From: Octopus sinensis
Lineage: Eukaryota
Length of the DNA stretch: 64,000 bases
Assembly (NCBI RefSeq): GCF_006345805.1
Contig: NC_043001.1
Span: forward strand, 57,474,001 to 57,538,000
Direction: 5' to 3'
The position numbers and the translations under genes were made by a program. The number at the start of each line of letters is the position of its first letter. Positions within the stretch are counted from its first letter, which is position 1. This document shows positions 45,680 to 58,944 of this stretch, piece after piece. The notes beneath the pieces are model-generated. The model did not search any database, was not told where the DNA came from, and worked only from the letters and a program-made list of their open reading frames with translations.

Positions 45680-45960
45680 AAACTTACCATTCTATTTAGA
45701 AAAAAAAGCAGTTCCCCGTTCACCTGTCATATGCAATGACTATAAATAAATCACAACAGCAGACATTTGATAAAGTGGGGTTGTTCTTGCCTGAACCTGC
45801 ATGCGATCATAGTCAGCTATATATTGCATTGTGAAGGGTTCGCAAATGATCTGATGTGAGAATTAAACTTATCAACACTGACAAACAAAGGAAAAGAAGA
45901 GGGAGACCTACAGGAAGAACGTTGTCTGCAAAGAAGTATTGGATTGAAAGGTGTACGCAA
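45680..45960 (+). mobile_element. Helitron Pif1-like helicase C-terminal remnant
   Basis: QFPVHLSYAMTINKSQQQTFDKVGLFLPEPACDHSQLYIAL*RV matches helicase motifs V-VI (QFP..LAFAMTINKSQGQT..VG..L..P.F.HGQLYVALSRV). Confidence 0.85.
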
Positions 45961-47761
45961 ATTCAAATGTAAATTGGCTCTGCTCCATCGGCTTGGCTTA
46001 TAAGTTACCAATGATGTGGTTTTTCAGAGTATACCATGTTGTATTAAATTTTTACTCCTGTGAAATTGTGACTCTTATATTTTACATATAAACAAATTTT
46101 TTTTTACTATAAAATTTTTATTTACTAGATATGAAAGTGTGACCATGTAAATTCTAATATGTAATTTTTTCTCCTTATAGGATAAATGGCAAAATAACAG
46201 TGAATTTCATGAGTGTTGTCTATCAAGTCTATAAAATTGTGCTATATATATGAAGTTCATTAAATAATCATCATATTCCAATTTCCATCACTTTTTAATA
46301 AATAGCAGGTGAGCGACTATCTTTTGATACAGACACAACACATACTACACTTTCAGGCATTTTGGATAAAGTTTTTCAAGAAAAACCCAATAGGTTTACT
46401 ATTAATTCAGTGAAATGTTCCCACTGGTAATAATAGTAATAATAATTGTTTGTTTTACTGTTTGACATATTTCAGCCCTAAGTCTGTGGCCGCGCTATTT
46501 CATCCAATTATTTTTGTATTACATAAGAATTATATTCGTAAATCCAATAATTTTCGAAATTGTAATTATCCACGTGAAGAGTGGTTGAGTTTCAATTTTT
46601 AGAAGGTTAAGCAAATTCATATAAACATAACACTGGTTTATCGTGACTAGCATTCAGAAAGATGGAAATAGCGATATTGCTCTTCAATTATATCATAATA
46701 TTGTTACAAGGAGAGATCATGACGATTGTGGAACCATTTACGGTGAGGAAGCCTGCATTTGTCATGCATGTTATTTTTCTTGCTGGTAAAAGGACAAAAA
46801 GGAAAAGAAAACGATCTGGTCATGTACACTTTATCAAGATCGAATTGATCCTGTTGTTATCGTCCATATTTTTTAGTATAGCTTTTATGCCGTTAAGTTT
46901 GTCTTGCTTTGTAGAGTAGAACATACATAGAACGTATATACTATTTGCGATAGAAGTATTTACTGCAGCTAGTTGGTCCAATTACCTGTAAAAAGTTATG
47001 ATGTACACGGGAAACATTGTTAGATAGATGACCTAGTATACTGTACGAGGACACTGTTATAAACTGTGTACTACTCTACATCCGAACAACAAAATTCATA
47101 TGGGAATCATGAAAGTGACTGCGATCTGGCAGTTATTACAGAAATAATAGAACTGATTAAAACTGATTGGCTGTGGGTAAAAACCTATGCAGATTAATCA
47201 TATTGTCAAATAAGAACTTGGAAATGTAAAATGCTATCAATGTTCCTGGAAATAGATTTGATGAATTCTGAAGAATAAAGAAATAGTTAATATGAATAAG
47301 ATATGCAATTTATTGTAAGTGGATAGAAATAAATGGGCCTATGATCAGGCGTTTATGCATTGGATATATGCTGCATTGCATAGCAGAGCTTACATGATTA
47401 TATATAGATATTTCTACATTAAATTCTAATTATACGAATAAGTAACTCTTTGAACCGTAACAGATATTTCTTATCAATCTATAGCAATGTACAAAAGAAG
47501 ACTGCAGTAAAATCAGTTACATGTATTGCTTGATTAAATTAATATTTACCGCAGTTCAATTATAAATGGATATTAGTGACATGATACGGTGTGGTGACTA
47601 ATATATTGCGTTGTAGCTCATTACATTGTAAAGCTATTTCCTTTTATTTCCTACGACTATTTCTAATTTCTCCTTACCTGGACATAAAGGTTCTGTACCT
47701 AACTAATTCATTGTATATGTCTGTGCTTGTCTGTGTGGATATAATCATTAGAATGATTATA

Positions 47762-48915
47762 CTAGTGGCCAGCATATAAAAACCACCCAATCGGTAAAAT
47801 TAATATCTAAGTATATAATTATAAATATATATTTATAATTAAGGGCGTTGGAGGGACAACGCTAATACGCTAGACGTAGATATCAAATGTCTACAAAGCA
47901 ATCTAAATTTGTTCTTTCTGTACAAATTGAATCCGAGAAAATTGACAAGGAGATTTATAAAAATTCCGAACGACTGTCTATCTTAGAATTTTATGTTTTG
48001 TAATAAAGATTAATTTACACTCTTCGGTAGAAGAATACCGACGATATATAAGTGGAAAAAAAACATATACATACCGATAAATACTTGCGTACAGATAACA
48101 ATATATACATCAATTTCTCACATATACATTATATTTAATAACATATCTCAGCCATGTGAGATGGGTTATAATGATTAGAGAATTCAAAAATATAATTGAG
48201 TAGAAACTGGGGAGATAATTATTAAAATGATGATACCGGTGGCCATCGTATAAAAACCACCATATCGATAAAATTAATATTTAAGTATATAATTATAAAT
48301 ATGTAATCACAATTAAGGGTCCTGAAGAGACAAACCAATACGCTACAAGTGGGTGTCAAATGTATACAAACCACCCTAAATTTATTCCCTTTTTTGCACA
48401 TAAAATTTCGGACAACACTGATATGGTGATTAATTTTACTGGTATGGTTCTTTTATGTGCTGACCATTGGTATAAACATTTTTAGTAATTATTTCTTCAA
48501 TTTGTATGAACATATACTTTTAAGTTCTCACGTCATTATATTTGCTCGGGTACTATTCTAACAATAACCACATGGCTGAGATGAGCGATTACATATAATG
48601 TATACGTGGGAAATGTATGTATATATCGGTATCTCTACGCAAATAGTTACCGGTATATATATTTCACTTATATATTGTCGGTATACTTCTACTTAAGAGT
48701 GTAAGGTAATTTTTATTACAAAACACGAAATCTTAAGATATAGAGTTGTCCGAGATTTTATAAATCTCCATGTCCGTTTCCTTGCATTCAGCCTTGCTTA
48801 AAAAGCAGAAGAAATTTGAGTGGCTTGTAGAGACTTGGCATCTTTATCTAGCGTATTGGCATTGTCCGTCCAGCGCCCTTAATCATAATTATATATTCAT
48901 AATTATATACTTATA
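47762..48915. repeat. ~475-bp unit, partial tandem copy and inverted copy (pLTR-like arrangement)
   Basis: gtggcca..tataaaaaccac recurs at 47765 and 48239; 48425-48912 is the reverse complement of the unit (e.g. catatctcagccatgtg / cacatggctgagatg). Confidence 0.8.
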
Positions 48916-48930
48916 TATATATACTCTTTA

Positions 48931-48959
<29 letters not shown>

Positions 48960-48961
<2 letters not shown>

Positions 48962-49336
48962 TCTTTTACTTGTTTCAGTCATTTGACTGCGGTCATGCTG
49001 GAGCACCGCCTTTAGTCGAACAAATTGACTTCAGGGCATATTGTTTGTAGGCTAGTACTTATTCCATCGGTCTCTTTTGCTGAACTACTGCGTTACGGGG
49101 ACGTAAACACACCAGCATTGGTTGTCAAGCGATGTTGGGGGGACAAACACACAAACCCCCACATACACACACACTCATATATATATACGACGGGCTACTT
49201 TCAATTTCTGCCTACCAAATGCACTCACAAGGCTTTGGTCGGCCCGAGGCTATAGTAGAAGACACCTGCCCAAGTTGCCACGCAGTGGGACTGAACCCGG
49301 AACCATGTGGTTGGTAAATTAGCACACAGCCACTCC
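48960..49336 (-). mobile_element. SINE family A, full length
   Basis: Colinear with 19517-19907. Confidence 0.9.
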
Positions 49337-49349
49337 AAAAGAAAAATAT

Positions 49350-49630
49350 GACAAGGTAGAAAAGGCTAAAATAATTTGATCATGAACTACATTGTGTAAT
49401 GCTTAGTACCGGTTTCTGTGTTTTCGACATTTTCACCTAAGAGTAAAACAAAGTTGGATATTACTTAAGAAGAAAAATAAGTAAACTAAAGAATTGAATT
49501 GTTTTTCTTCTTAATTAAGATCCACCTTTCTTTCACTCTTAGTTTTAAAAAGCCGAAAAGACAGAAACCGGTACTAACCATTACTAAATATATTTGTTGT
49601 TAAAATTATTTTAGCCTTTTCTATCTTGTC
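49350..49630. repeat. Fold-back element with a degenerate minimal hammerhead in each arm
   Basis: gacaaggtagaaaaggctaaaataattt / aaattattttagccttttctatcttgtc termini; GAAACCGGTACTAA in both arms. Confidence 0.8.
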
Positions 49631-49918
49631 TTATCTACCTCTTCTCTTATCTACATCGTACATATCATCTCGTGTGTCATTTTTCAATATTCTACACACA
49701 GAGACATCACACACAAATACACACACACACACACACACACACAGACCACACACATATAGTTTATATGCATTTAAATGACAAGAAGAAGAAAATGGAGATA
49801 AGGGAGTTAATAATTAATATTAATAAACTGGTCATCGCTTAATTTAATTACAAATTTGTACATTAAGTTTACATTTATGTGACATGCGTATACTTTCATC
49901 AGAGAAAAAATGAATTGC

Positions 49919-49952
<34 letters not shown>

Positions 49953-49958
<6 letters not shown>

Positions 49959-50345
49959 ATATTTCGGAATGGTCATTTTGCCAGTTTAGCCAATAAAAAC
50001 ACACGCACTATATATTTGGTGTTACTTTGCTTCAGTGTTATTTATTTTTTACATTATTCTTAATCTTATTTCGGCCAGAGTTCTTTCGTCACACTCCTGT
50101 GACCGCATCAGTGGTCTTTTGTTTTCTTCTCACTTATTTGTACCAACACGCCGAACAAGAACACGGGGATCAATCAATAACATAGAAATTAAAATATTAT
50201 CCACACATAGATCAGATGCAACAATTAGACAAATTACAGAAGCTACACACATAATAGAAAATAAACCTAGCCTGAATAGAAAACTAGAATGGAGCACTAA
50301 CACACACCACAACATATGACGATAGAGGATCCTGAAAACATAATA
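49953..50345. mobile_element. Penelope-like remnant: inverted pLTR plus GIY-YIG C-terminus
   Basis: Plus IEIKILSTHRSDATIRQITEATHIIENKPSLNRKLEW (R.I.EA..I....P.LNR); hammerhead-like fold on the minus strand at 50073-50116. Confidence 0.7.
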
Positions 50346-50540
50346 AATACACAGATAAATAAATAAATAACTATATATACACTTGCGTCGGAAATTAATT
50401 AGCACTTCTCAAATTTCTACATTTTCTTACATTTTCTTAATTTAATTAACTTATTATCAGAAACGAACTCGTTTTTAATCAAAAATTTATTAAAACATAT
50501 CCCAGCACACCACATAATTGTTATCAATCGTGAAATTTAG

Positions 50541-51518
50541 TCAATATCTTGTTGCTCCTCCTTTGGCAGCAATGAGAGCTGCTACGCGGGTTGGCATGCT
50601 GTCTATGAGCGCCTGCAGGTACTGTGCAGGGATGGCCCCCCATGCAGCAAGAAGTGCCCCAAACAGCTCGTGTCGGTTCCTGTATTGTTGCACATTCAAA
50701 TCCCTACCCAATCGACTCCAGATGTTCTCAATAGGGTTCAGGTCAAGGTGACTGGCCAGGCCAGTCCATGACCGTCACCCCATGGTCCTTGAAGAAACCG
50801 GTTGTGAGCTTGGCTGTGTGGGAAGGCGCGTTGTCCTGCTGGAGCAGTACTCCTCGCCACCAAAGAGGTATCCCGTACTATCTCAACGTACTTCGACAGC
50901 ATAGAGCCGCCCAACACCACTGTAGCTGAACGCCCCTCACACCATCAGACCACCCACACCTTGCTTCATGGTGGGAGCAATGCAGTCTTTGTTGAAGCGC
51001 TCACCCCTGCGGCGTCGCACATGGACAGGCTTGCCACTGACGAGACTGAATCGCGACTCATAAGTGAACATCACTTTCCGCCACTGCTGCACGGTCCATG
51101 TCTTGTGGGCACGGGCCCAGAGCAGCCGCCTCTTCTGGTTTTGGGCTGTAAGGAGCGGCTTACGGGTGGCCCTACAGGATTTTAGACCAGCTTCCAGTAA
51201 TCTGGTCTTGACGGTGGTTGTAGACAACTGCTTCCCTCTCATCTTTTGCATCTCCTCCGCCAGTTGCCGGCTCGTTACCCTTCGGTTGTACAGTGACTTT
51301 CGGATCAGCATCCGGTCCTCCCGCTGGGTCGTCAGCCTCTTCCGTCCCCTACCCTTTTTGTCAGCTGCTGATCCGGTTTCCTCGTATTTCTTAAATAAGC
51401 ACTGAATTGTGCGCCTGGCTACACCAAATTTTCTGGCTATTGCAACCTCCGACAGCTTCCCACGCCACGAGAGAGCCTTGTACCGTCTCTCCAAGGTCAT
51501 GCGAGGTCTTGGGCCCAT
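50541..51518 (-). pseudogene. Tc1 transposase pseudogene
   Basis: HTH plus GRGRKR, WTVQQWRKVMFTYESRF (first catalytic D changed to Y), MV*GAFSYSGVG (W changed to stop), QQDNAPSHT, WPGQSP-DLNPIENIW and SMPTRVAALIAAKGGATRY*, with frameshifts. Confidence 0.95.
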
Positions 51519-51677
51519 CTAGGAATGAACGATAAAAACCAGTTATTTTCATTAAAACTATTCATTTGAATAATGTTATGCTATAACAAAACTGCTATGA
51601 GTTATTATTCATTAAACAAAAAAGAAAGAAAGCAGAATTTCTCATCTTATTTGATGTATAACAGAAAGTTTTGTGAA

Positions 51678-51692
51678 CCGGAAGTGACGTCA
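51678..51692. promoter_or_regulatory. Overlapping ETS-CRE motif CCGGAAGTGACGTCA upstream of transposase
   Basis: Exact motif ~160 bp 5' of the transposase ATG; function inferred only. Confidence 0.35.
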
Positions 51693-52097
51693 CCAAGCAG
51701 AGTGTAGGAGAATTTGTGAGGAAAAAAATCTTGCAAATACACAAATCAATTAACCTACAAGCTGTTCAAAACGTCTTACGCGATGAGAAAACTTAGTACG
51801 GTGTGATTTCGGTCCTTGCGAGGCGCTACCTATATCTATTAAACAAAGGAAGATTTGTCTGCATCCGTACCCCAAGTTGTTGTTGCACTGCTATGTCAAC
51901 ATCATTAGACTGTAGACTCTCAAACCGCTCTGCAAACAAAGTTACGTCATCGTTCTGCGCAACAGTGAACTCGCAACAAAGCAATAGTTCGAGATATGCC
52001 CACTAGGTGACAGCAAATACCTTGAGTGAAGAGCAAATCAAGGGTGCTAATTAATTTCTGACGGTAGTGTATATATATATGTGTGTATATGTATATG

Positions 52098-52184
<87 letters not shown>

Positions 52185-52477
52185 ATTCAATTTATTATTA
52201 TTATTACTAGTATTGTTGTTATACATACATACATACATACATACATACAAGCATATGTAATGATAATAATGGGTGGATGTAAACACATTAACAAGATAAG
52301 AATAAACAAAAACAAAAACAAAAACAAAAACAAAATACAAAATACAAAATACAAATTACATGAACATATATAAACAGAAGATACAAATATTACAGGCATC
52401 CCCCACATACACACACTAAATAAACATAAACGCACATAGAGATATAAACATAAAAAATCTTGCACAACAAATATTTA

Positions 52478-52664
<187 letters not shown>

Positions 52665-53699
52665 AATATATATAAGCATATTAGCATATTAGCAACTAAC
52701 GGAAGGCGCTGATATCTCGTAACTTGATGCGGGACTAACACGGAGCAAAATACCCTTTAACCATAGCCTGATACTTCACAGTCCCAAATAAGCTACGCAT
52801 GGAAAAGAGAGACAGCGATAGCAGGTGTATCCCGGAAACTTAAATATCTGCCTTGGAAGGTAAAGAGAATCAATAATTCAAATATAAAATACTTTGGTCT
52901 ATGTAAGATTATTTTGGTATATTTAAATAGCAAATTCTGTAAGGATTTGATATATTTTGGAAAGGCCAACCCCTTGGTAATGCTGAATGACATTTTTCAT
53001 ATAGAAAAAAACTATATTAACGTAAGCACCGCTTGATTAGTGTTAGTTATGTGGTATTATCCCCATCGATTTATTGAAATATCAAGGTGATTCATTCAGA
53101 TTATATAGATATATCAATTTTTATGGAATATTGTGCACTGTAGCGAATTTAGCAGATTTATGATCAGAGACGTTCGCTAGTGTAGTCATAAATAAACTAT
53201 GTTCTGCAAATATAGCTTATTTATGACTAACTATTAAAGATGAGCTTTTAAGAGAATAGTGTGTAATGTGAGAATAATTGGCTACTATTTCTTGCTATTA
53301 AAGTGACGGCTTTACCACATTATGTAAGTGATTGATTTTTCAAAAATTAAATCCATTTGGTTGTATTGATATAAAGTTTAAATCAATAAAGCAAATATTA
53401 CAGTCTCGTTTAAACTCAGAGCATAAGGAACAAAGAGTGAATGTGATATAAATAAGATTAGCGAATGGTAATTCCATAATCAAAATCACGTTTATAATTT
53501 CGTGCAGTATAGTTTGACCTGTGGCACAAATTGATACCAGAAGATTTTGAGCTTTCTATGAAATATTTTGAGTATGTTAGCTTATGGTGTATTCGGTAAG
53601 TTGTATAATAGTATATGCATTCTACTTGGATTGATAATAACGAAGCAGTTGTGGATTATTATTGATCATCACTATACAGTTGGGCGCCTTGCCCAGACC

Positions 53700-54150
53700 A
53701 ATATGTAACTGTTCCACATGGGATGTCCTGATCAGACAATGAGACATGAATATCTGGCGTATGTTTTAATAATATTAGTTTTTGGTTAGCTGAAATAGCC
53801 CATCTGTGAACACCATGGTTACAGATAATAGCAATAATTCGCTAATTGAAGTGCATGATCCTGAACGTTGAGAGTTCATTGTCTGCTCAACTGCTCAGCA
53901 CCTAGTGATGTTTGCCGCTCAGTCAATAAGTTCATCTGCTGCAATATCCACTATGCAGCATCACATGATTTCATAGTGCACTGACTCAAGTGGTTTCATG
54001 CTTTTTAGCCCATAGTTGGGAACGTAATAACGTACTACTAATCTGGGCCAGAGCAGAATTGGGAACAAAAGTCAAGAGGAGCTTCCACACTCCCCCAAAC
54101 CCTGTAAATCCCGAGCTGGCGACTCAATACCGGATGCAGTTGAAGTCATA
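53700..54150 (-). mobile_element. Possible RTE 5'/endonuclease remnant
   Basis: Weak minus-strand VDIAA and RIMHF motifs. Confidence 0.3.
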
Positions 54151-54679
54151 CTCAGGACCTTATTACTCACAGTTAATCGTATATATTTCCATGCACATTT
54201 ATAAATACTAAACCTGAATAGCTTGAACGTAACCAAATCTAAAAATGACTTCGTATGATAGTCCCTTAAAACTCAGGCTCATTTTAATTGCTGTTTTCCC
54301 AGATAGAACGTATTATTATGAAGTGTCAGAGAATTTCGTTACACTGCTATGACCATGTCACACAAACAATTACATTGTGTTATTGAGTTACAGTAGAATG
54401 ATGCAAAATCGATACAAATGTGTAACAAAATATCTGCTTATCATTTACTGAAATGTCTAAAATAAGATTACTTCTAAGTAAATGCTTCAGTTTTCAGAGA
54501 GGCTCAGAGTAAAATGGCCAACGCACACACACGCACATGCACACATAAACACATACACATACACACATATATATGTATACATATGAACGTATGTATTTGT
54601 ATGTGTATATGTGTATATATATGTGAGTGTGCATATTTATGTGTGAGTATGTGTGTGTGTATGTGTGTGTGTGTGTGTA

Positions 54680-54825
54680 TTTATTATTCTTAAACAAGAA
54701 TGTTGTGGACAATGACAAGTCTCGAAGTTTCGCGTAGGAAAGCCATCGTCAGTAGTCTGATGATGTCTTACCTGGCAGAAACATAAAAGTTACTTTGAAC
54801 AACATTCTTATTTCAGAATAATAAA
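54680..54825. ncRNA. Palindrome with back-to-back hammerhead-like cores
   Basis: Plus: AGU CUGAUGA UGUC-UUACCU-GGCA GAAAC AUAAAA GUU ACU (54754-54794). Minus: CUGACGA UGGC..GC GAAAC. Arms tttattattcttaaacaagaatgttg / caacattcttatttcagaataataaa. Confidence 0.6.
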
Positions 54826-57155
54826 TTTGCACTGTGCGAAGCTATAGACTAACCCATCAAATTGATGTAAAATTGTTTTTATTATAACTGAACATAAAAA
54901 CAAACATTAATATTCATGTGTCTATATGTGTGTTTATGTGAGTGTGTGTACGTGTGTGTATTTATCTATGTATATATGTATACATAAACCTCGCTTAGTC
55001 ACTGACAACTGTTGTCGTCGCTGCATTCTCCCAGATGTTTTTGAATGAGGGCACCCACGAGAAAAGGTATGCCAGCTGTTCTTTTCCCTTCTTGATATGA
55101 TGCTGTTAGAAAAGAAAGTATAGTGCCCACGATGCTTTCTAAACTCTCAGACAGAGAGAATCTTATTTGATTACTTTCAAGTTTTAACAACACCAATAGG
55201 TAACGTGCTGGTAAAATTTAAAACCAGGTGATAAATACAGTCTATCCTCAAAGTACACTAACAATTATTCCATCAGTATTTTATACTGTGCCTCCTTGTG
55301 AAAATCAATTCAGTATATTGGGAGGTCCAAGCAGTTTCGAAATTGAAGAAACGCAGTCATGAAATAGGAGATTTATTTTCATTGTATTGCTTAGTGGAAG
55401 CAATGGGTAGGCTGCGAATTGTGAAAAAAATTGCGCTGCTATTTGTAGAGATTGAACGACAGCTTGTTGGTACGTTAAGAATTAAATTTGGAGCGAAATG
55501 TATAATACCAGTTTCTCTTTGTGGTACAAGACCAGTAATTATGAGGATTTCCCGTTAGTTGATTCCATCTGACCCTCTATGTCACTGGTACATTATTTTG
55601 TTAATAATGAAGGGATGAAAGTGTTAATAAGATCACGGATAGACTCGAATTCAAAACATAAGGAGGAGTAAATAACGCAAAGTACATTTTTGTTTTCCAT
55701 CGATACCATGTCACCATAATGAGCAAAATATATGCCAATGTATTATATTATTGGCCACCTAGTAAGAATGTAAAGATGGCAAACTATTTGAATCCATTTG
55801 ATATGAAATGGTTGACTGTTAAATACCGTACCGAAATAACAAGTGAAGAATCTTCTACTTACTGAAAGAATAAAAATATAGCACACAAATTAATGCTGTA
55901 TTGTAGTCTTTTAAATCAAGGACTGGTCATAATTTGAGTGTCTTTCTGCATGTGTGTGTGTAGAAATTGAAAGAACAAGAGTCTATATCATCACCAAATG
56001 AAATTCATGCTGTAACTGTCTACTAAACTACGTTTCCTAAATTAGTGTGCGTTTGTTCACTTAAACTGGACTGCAGCATTATTATTGTGTCGTCATTGTT
56101 TGAATGAGAGATTTGACTAGTTATCAAAGGCATAGTGACTTCGAATAAGCAGTAACTTTTAATATCCAAAACGATCTTTCTATTTTGGGCAATATACAAT
56201 TGTGATGCAAGAGAAATTTAGCTGTTATTTCGAACCACTGAACTTACTACTTTCATTGGTTCATACCTTTAGTCTTTACTCTTCAATTTAAGGACTTTAA
56301 ATATTTTGCTAATGAATTTTTAATCTTTTATATTTGAATCTGTACATTTTCAACATTACAGACTGGGTGCGTGCTAGCTTACCCTAACTTCAACTGTGTG
56401 ATTTAATAGAGCAAGAAGCAAAAAAAGAAAAAAAAAGTCTAAACTGACAAGGATTACCTTAAGTAAATTATATAGGTTAGGATTAGATACCTTCTGAAAT
56501 ATACTTGATCCAAGAAGCAGCAGTAGAAGCAACATATTATAATATATATTTACCTTTCTTTTGGTAATATCTAACTATCATTTACAGATTCAACCATAGT
56601 ACACTGAACAAATAGATGCGAAGCTTTGGCAGTGAGTAATGGTACCTGACATTTAGAGATTGTCTCTGAAATTTATTAACCAGAATGATGGAAAATGTTA
56701 AGATAATACTGTAGAGTGTTTTTGATATCTGCATTTTTTCTTCTTATTTATCACAAGATTAAGAGAAATACCGTTGCGTCGGCAATGTGTTTGTTCTCCA
56801 TTGCATTTCAAAGGAAATTTGTGTTGGATCAAAGAATTTCAAAGATATTTGATAGGTGAGTATGATACACCAAAGGGCAAATGTCTCCCGTCATTAGCAG
56901 ATTTCAGTTATGTTTCCCGTTTGAGAAAACTTTGTCAATATGTGTTTTTGCCGATTTTACTACTAATGGCACTTCTTTTAACAGTTCTACAGTGAGCAAA
57001 TAAAAAAGAGTTGATGCAATATACATACGTACATACAGGCATACATACATACATATATATATGTATATATATACATATATATATATATATACAAACATAC
57101 ATATGTATATATAGTTATACATATCTATGCATGTATATGTATATGTATCTCTCTT

Positions 57156-57292
<137 letters not shown>

Positions 57293-57382
57293 ATATATAT
57301 AAGCTCATACATACACTTAACAGACATCACTATCACACTGGTCTTTCATATATATATATATATATATATAATATATATATAT

Positions 57383-57428
<46 letters not shown>

Positions 57429-57448
57429 GATAGATAGATAGATAGATG

Positions 57449-57482
<34 letters not shown>

Positions 57483-57487
57483 CAGAC

Positions 57488-57580
<93 letters not shown>
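57383..57580. repeat. (GATA)n microsatellite
   Basis: Directly visible. Confidence 0.95.
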
Positions 57581-58159
57581 TATGTCTATGTATGTATATG
57601 TATGCATGTATGTATGCCTATATGTATGTATAGCTATTATAGCATGGTAAACATACGCACATAAACACAAATGTTTCTATGTATGTATGTATATATATAT
57701 AAACTCGTATAAATGCGTACATACACACATATATAATACCTACATACATACATACATACATACAAACATACATACGTACATAAATGCCTACAAAATCACA
57801 AGTATATATGTTAACAAACTACAAATGTTGTGCATTTCCCTGTGAGCGTCGTAGATGGAATTAGTGTATGCGTATGTAACGTGTGTGTACTTCCATGATG
57901 GTTATTAAATATGTCAGCGTATGGACTTTTCTGTGTCACTGTATGTGTACCAGTGTGTTTTCGATTTCTGTTGTTTATCTTCACCAAATTGTGCTGTTAT
58001 TGTCAGCAAGGGACACTTATAGCTTCGATAACCATAGCTACATATATTTCCCATTTAGATACAAGGAAGTGGAAACGACTCCAGCAGTGAAAACAACAGC
58101 CAATAGTTGAATAATAAAATAATAAAATGAAAGAATTGCAGTAAAAATAAACTACAGAT

Positions 58160-58160
<1 letters not shown>

Positions 58161-58242
<82 letters not shown>

Positions 58243-58270
58243 TGTAGTAGTAGTAGCAGCAGCAGCAGCG
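58161..58270. repeat. (TAG)n-(CAG)n microsatellite
   Basis: Directly visible. Confidence 0.95.
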
Positions 58271-58489
58271 GCAACAGTCAAAGTAAAAGCGTTGAGCACA
58301 CCAGAATGAAGAATAGCAGCATTTGTTCTGGCTTTACGCTACGAGATCAAATTCAGCCAAGGACTACTTTGTATTTTATTCTTTCAGAGTCTATAAAATA
58401 ACGAACAAATCGAACTGTAAGGATGATGCAATCACCAAGTTATTTTCCCGCCAAATTTCAGAGCTTGTACCTTAATAAAAAGGGGTTGT

Positions 58490-58538
<49 letters not shown>

Positions 58539-58554
58539 GCTACTACTACTACTA

Positions 58555-58661
58555 TCTGCCGAGGTTGACTTTGCCTTTCATCCATTCATAGTCGTTTAAC
58601 TAAGTACCAGTTACGCTCTAGGGTCCCCCAAATTTGAGGCCTTGTGCTTCTAGTAGAAATG

Positions 58662-58717
<56 letters not shown>

Positions 58718-58932
58718 AAGCGACGAGTTGGCAGAATTGTTAGTACACCGGGCAAAATGCTTTGTGGCATTCTGACCTGCTTTGCGGTCTTGGATCAAAT
58801 TCCGTGGGGATCGGCTTTACCATTAATTCTCTGGGGCTCCAGGAAATAAGTACCAGTTAAATGCTGGGGTTGATATAATCGGCTAGTCCCCTCCCCCCAA
58901 ATTTCCGACATTGTGCCTTTAGTAGAAAGGAT
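58555..58932 (+). mobile_element. Two SINE family B copies separated by (TTA)n
   Basis: gccgaggttgactttgcctttcatcc..aagtaccagttacgc (58558) and gcgacgagttggcagaattgttag..aaataagtaccagtt (58720). Confidence 0.8.
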
Positions 58933-58944
58933 TATTATCATTGC

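Larger units (their letters stand above)
50380..52069 (-). mobile_element. Tc1-family (DD34E) DNA transposon, full length, disabled
   Basis: 26-bp TIRs (cacttgcgtcggaaattaattagcac / reverse complement cactaccgtcagaaattaattagcac, 23/26 identical), TA on both flanks, internal transposase. Confidence 0.95.

Noticed and set aside
46181-46307. Exon-like block (ttatag|..cag|gtgagc)
   Set aside because: Stops in all frames; cannot be supported without RNA data
56758-56854. Exon-like block (cacaag|..atag|gtgagt) open in two frames
   Set aside because: Isolated, with no recognisable homology
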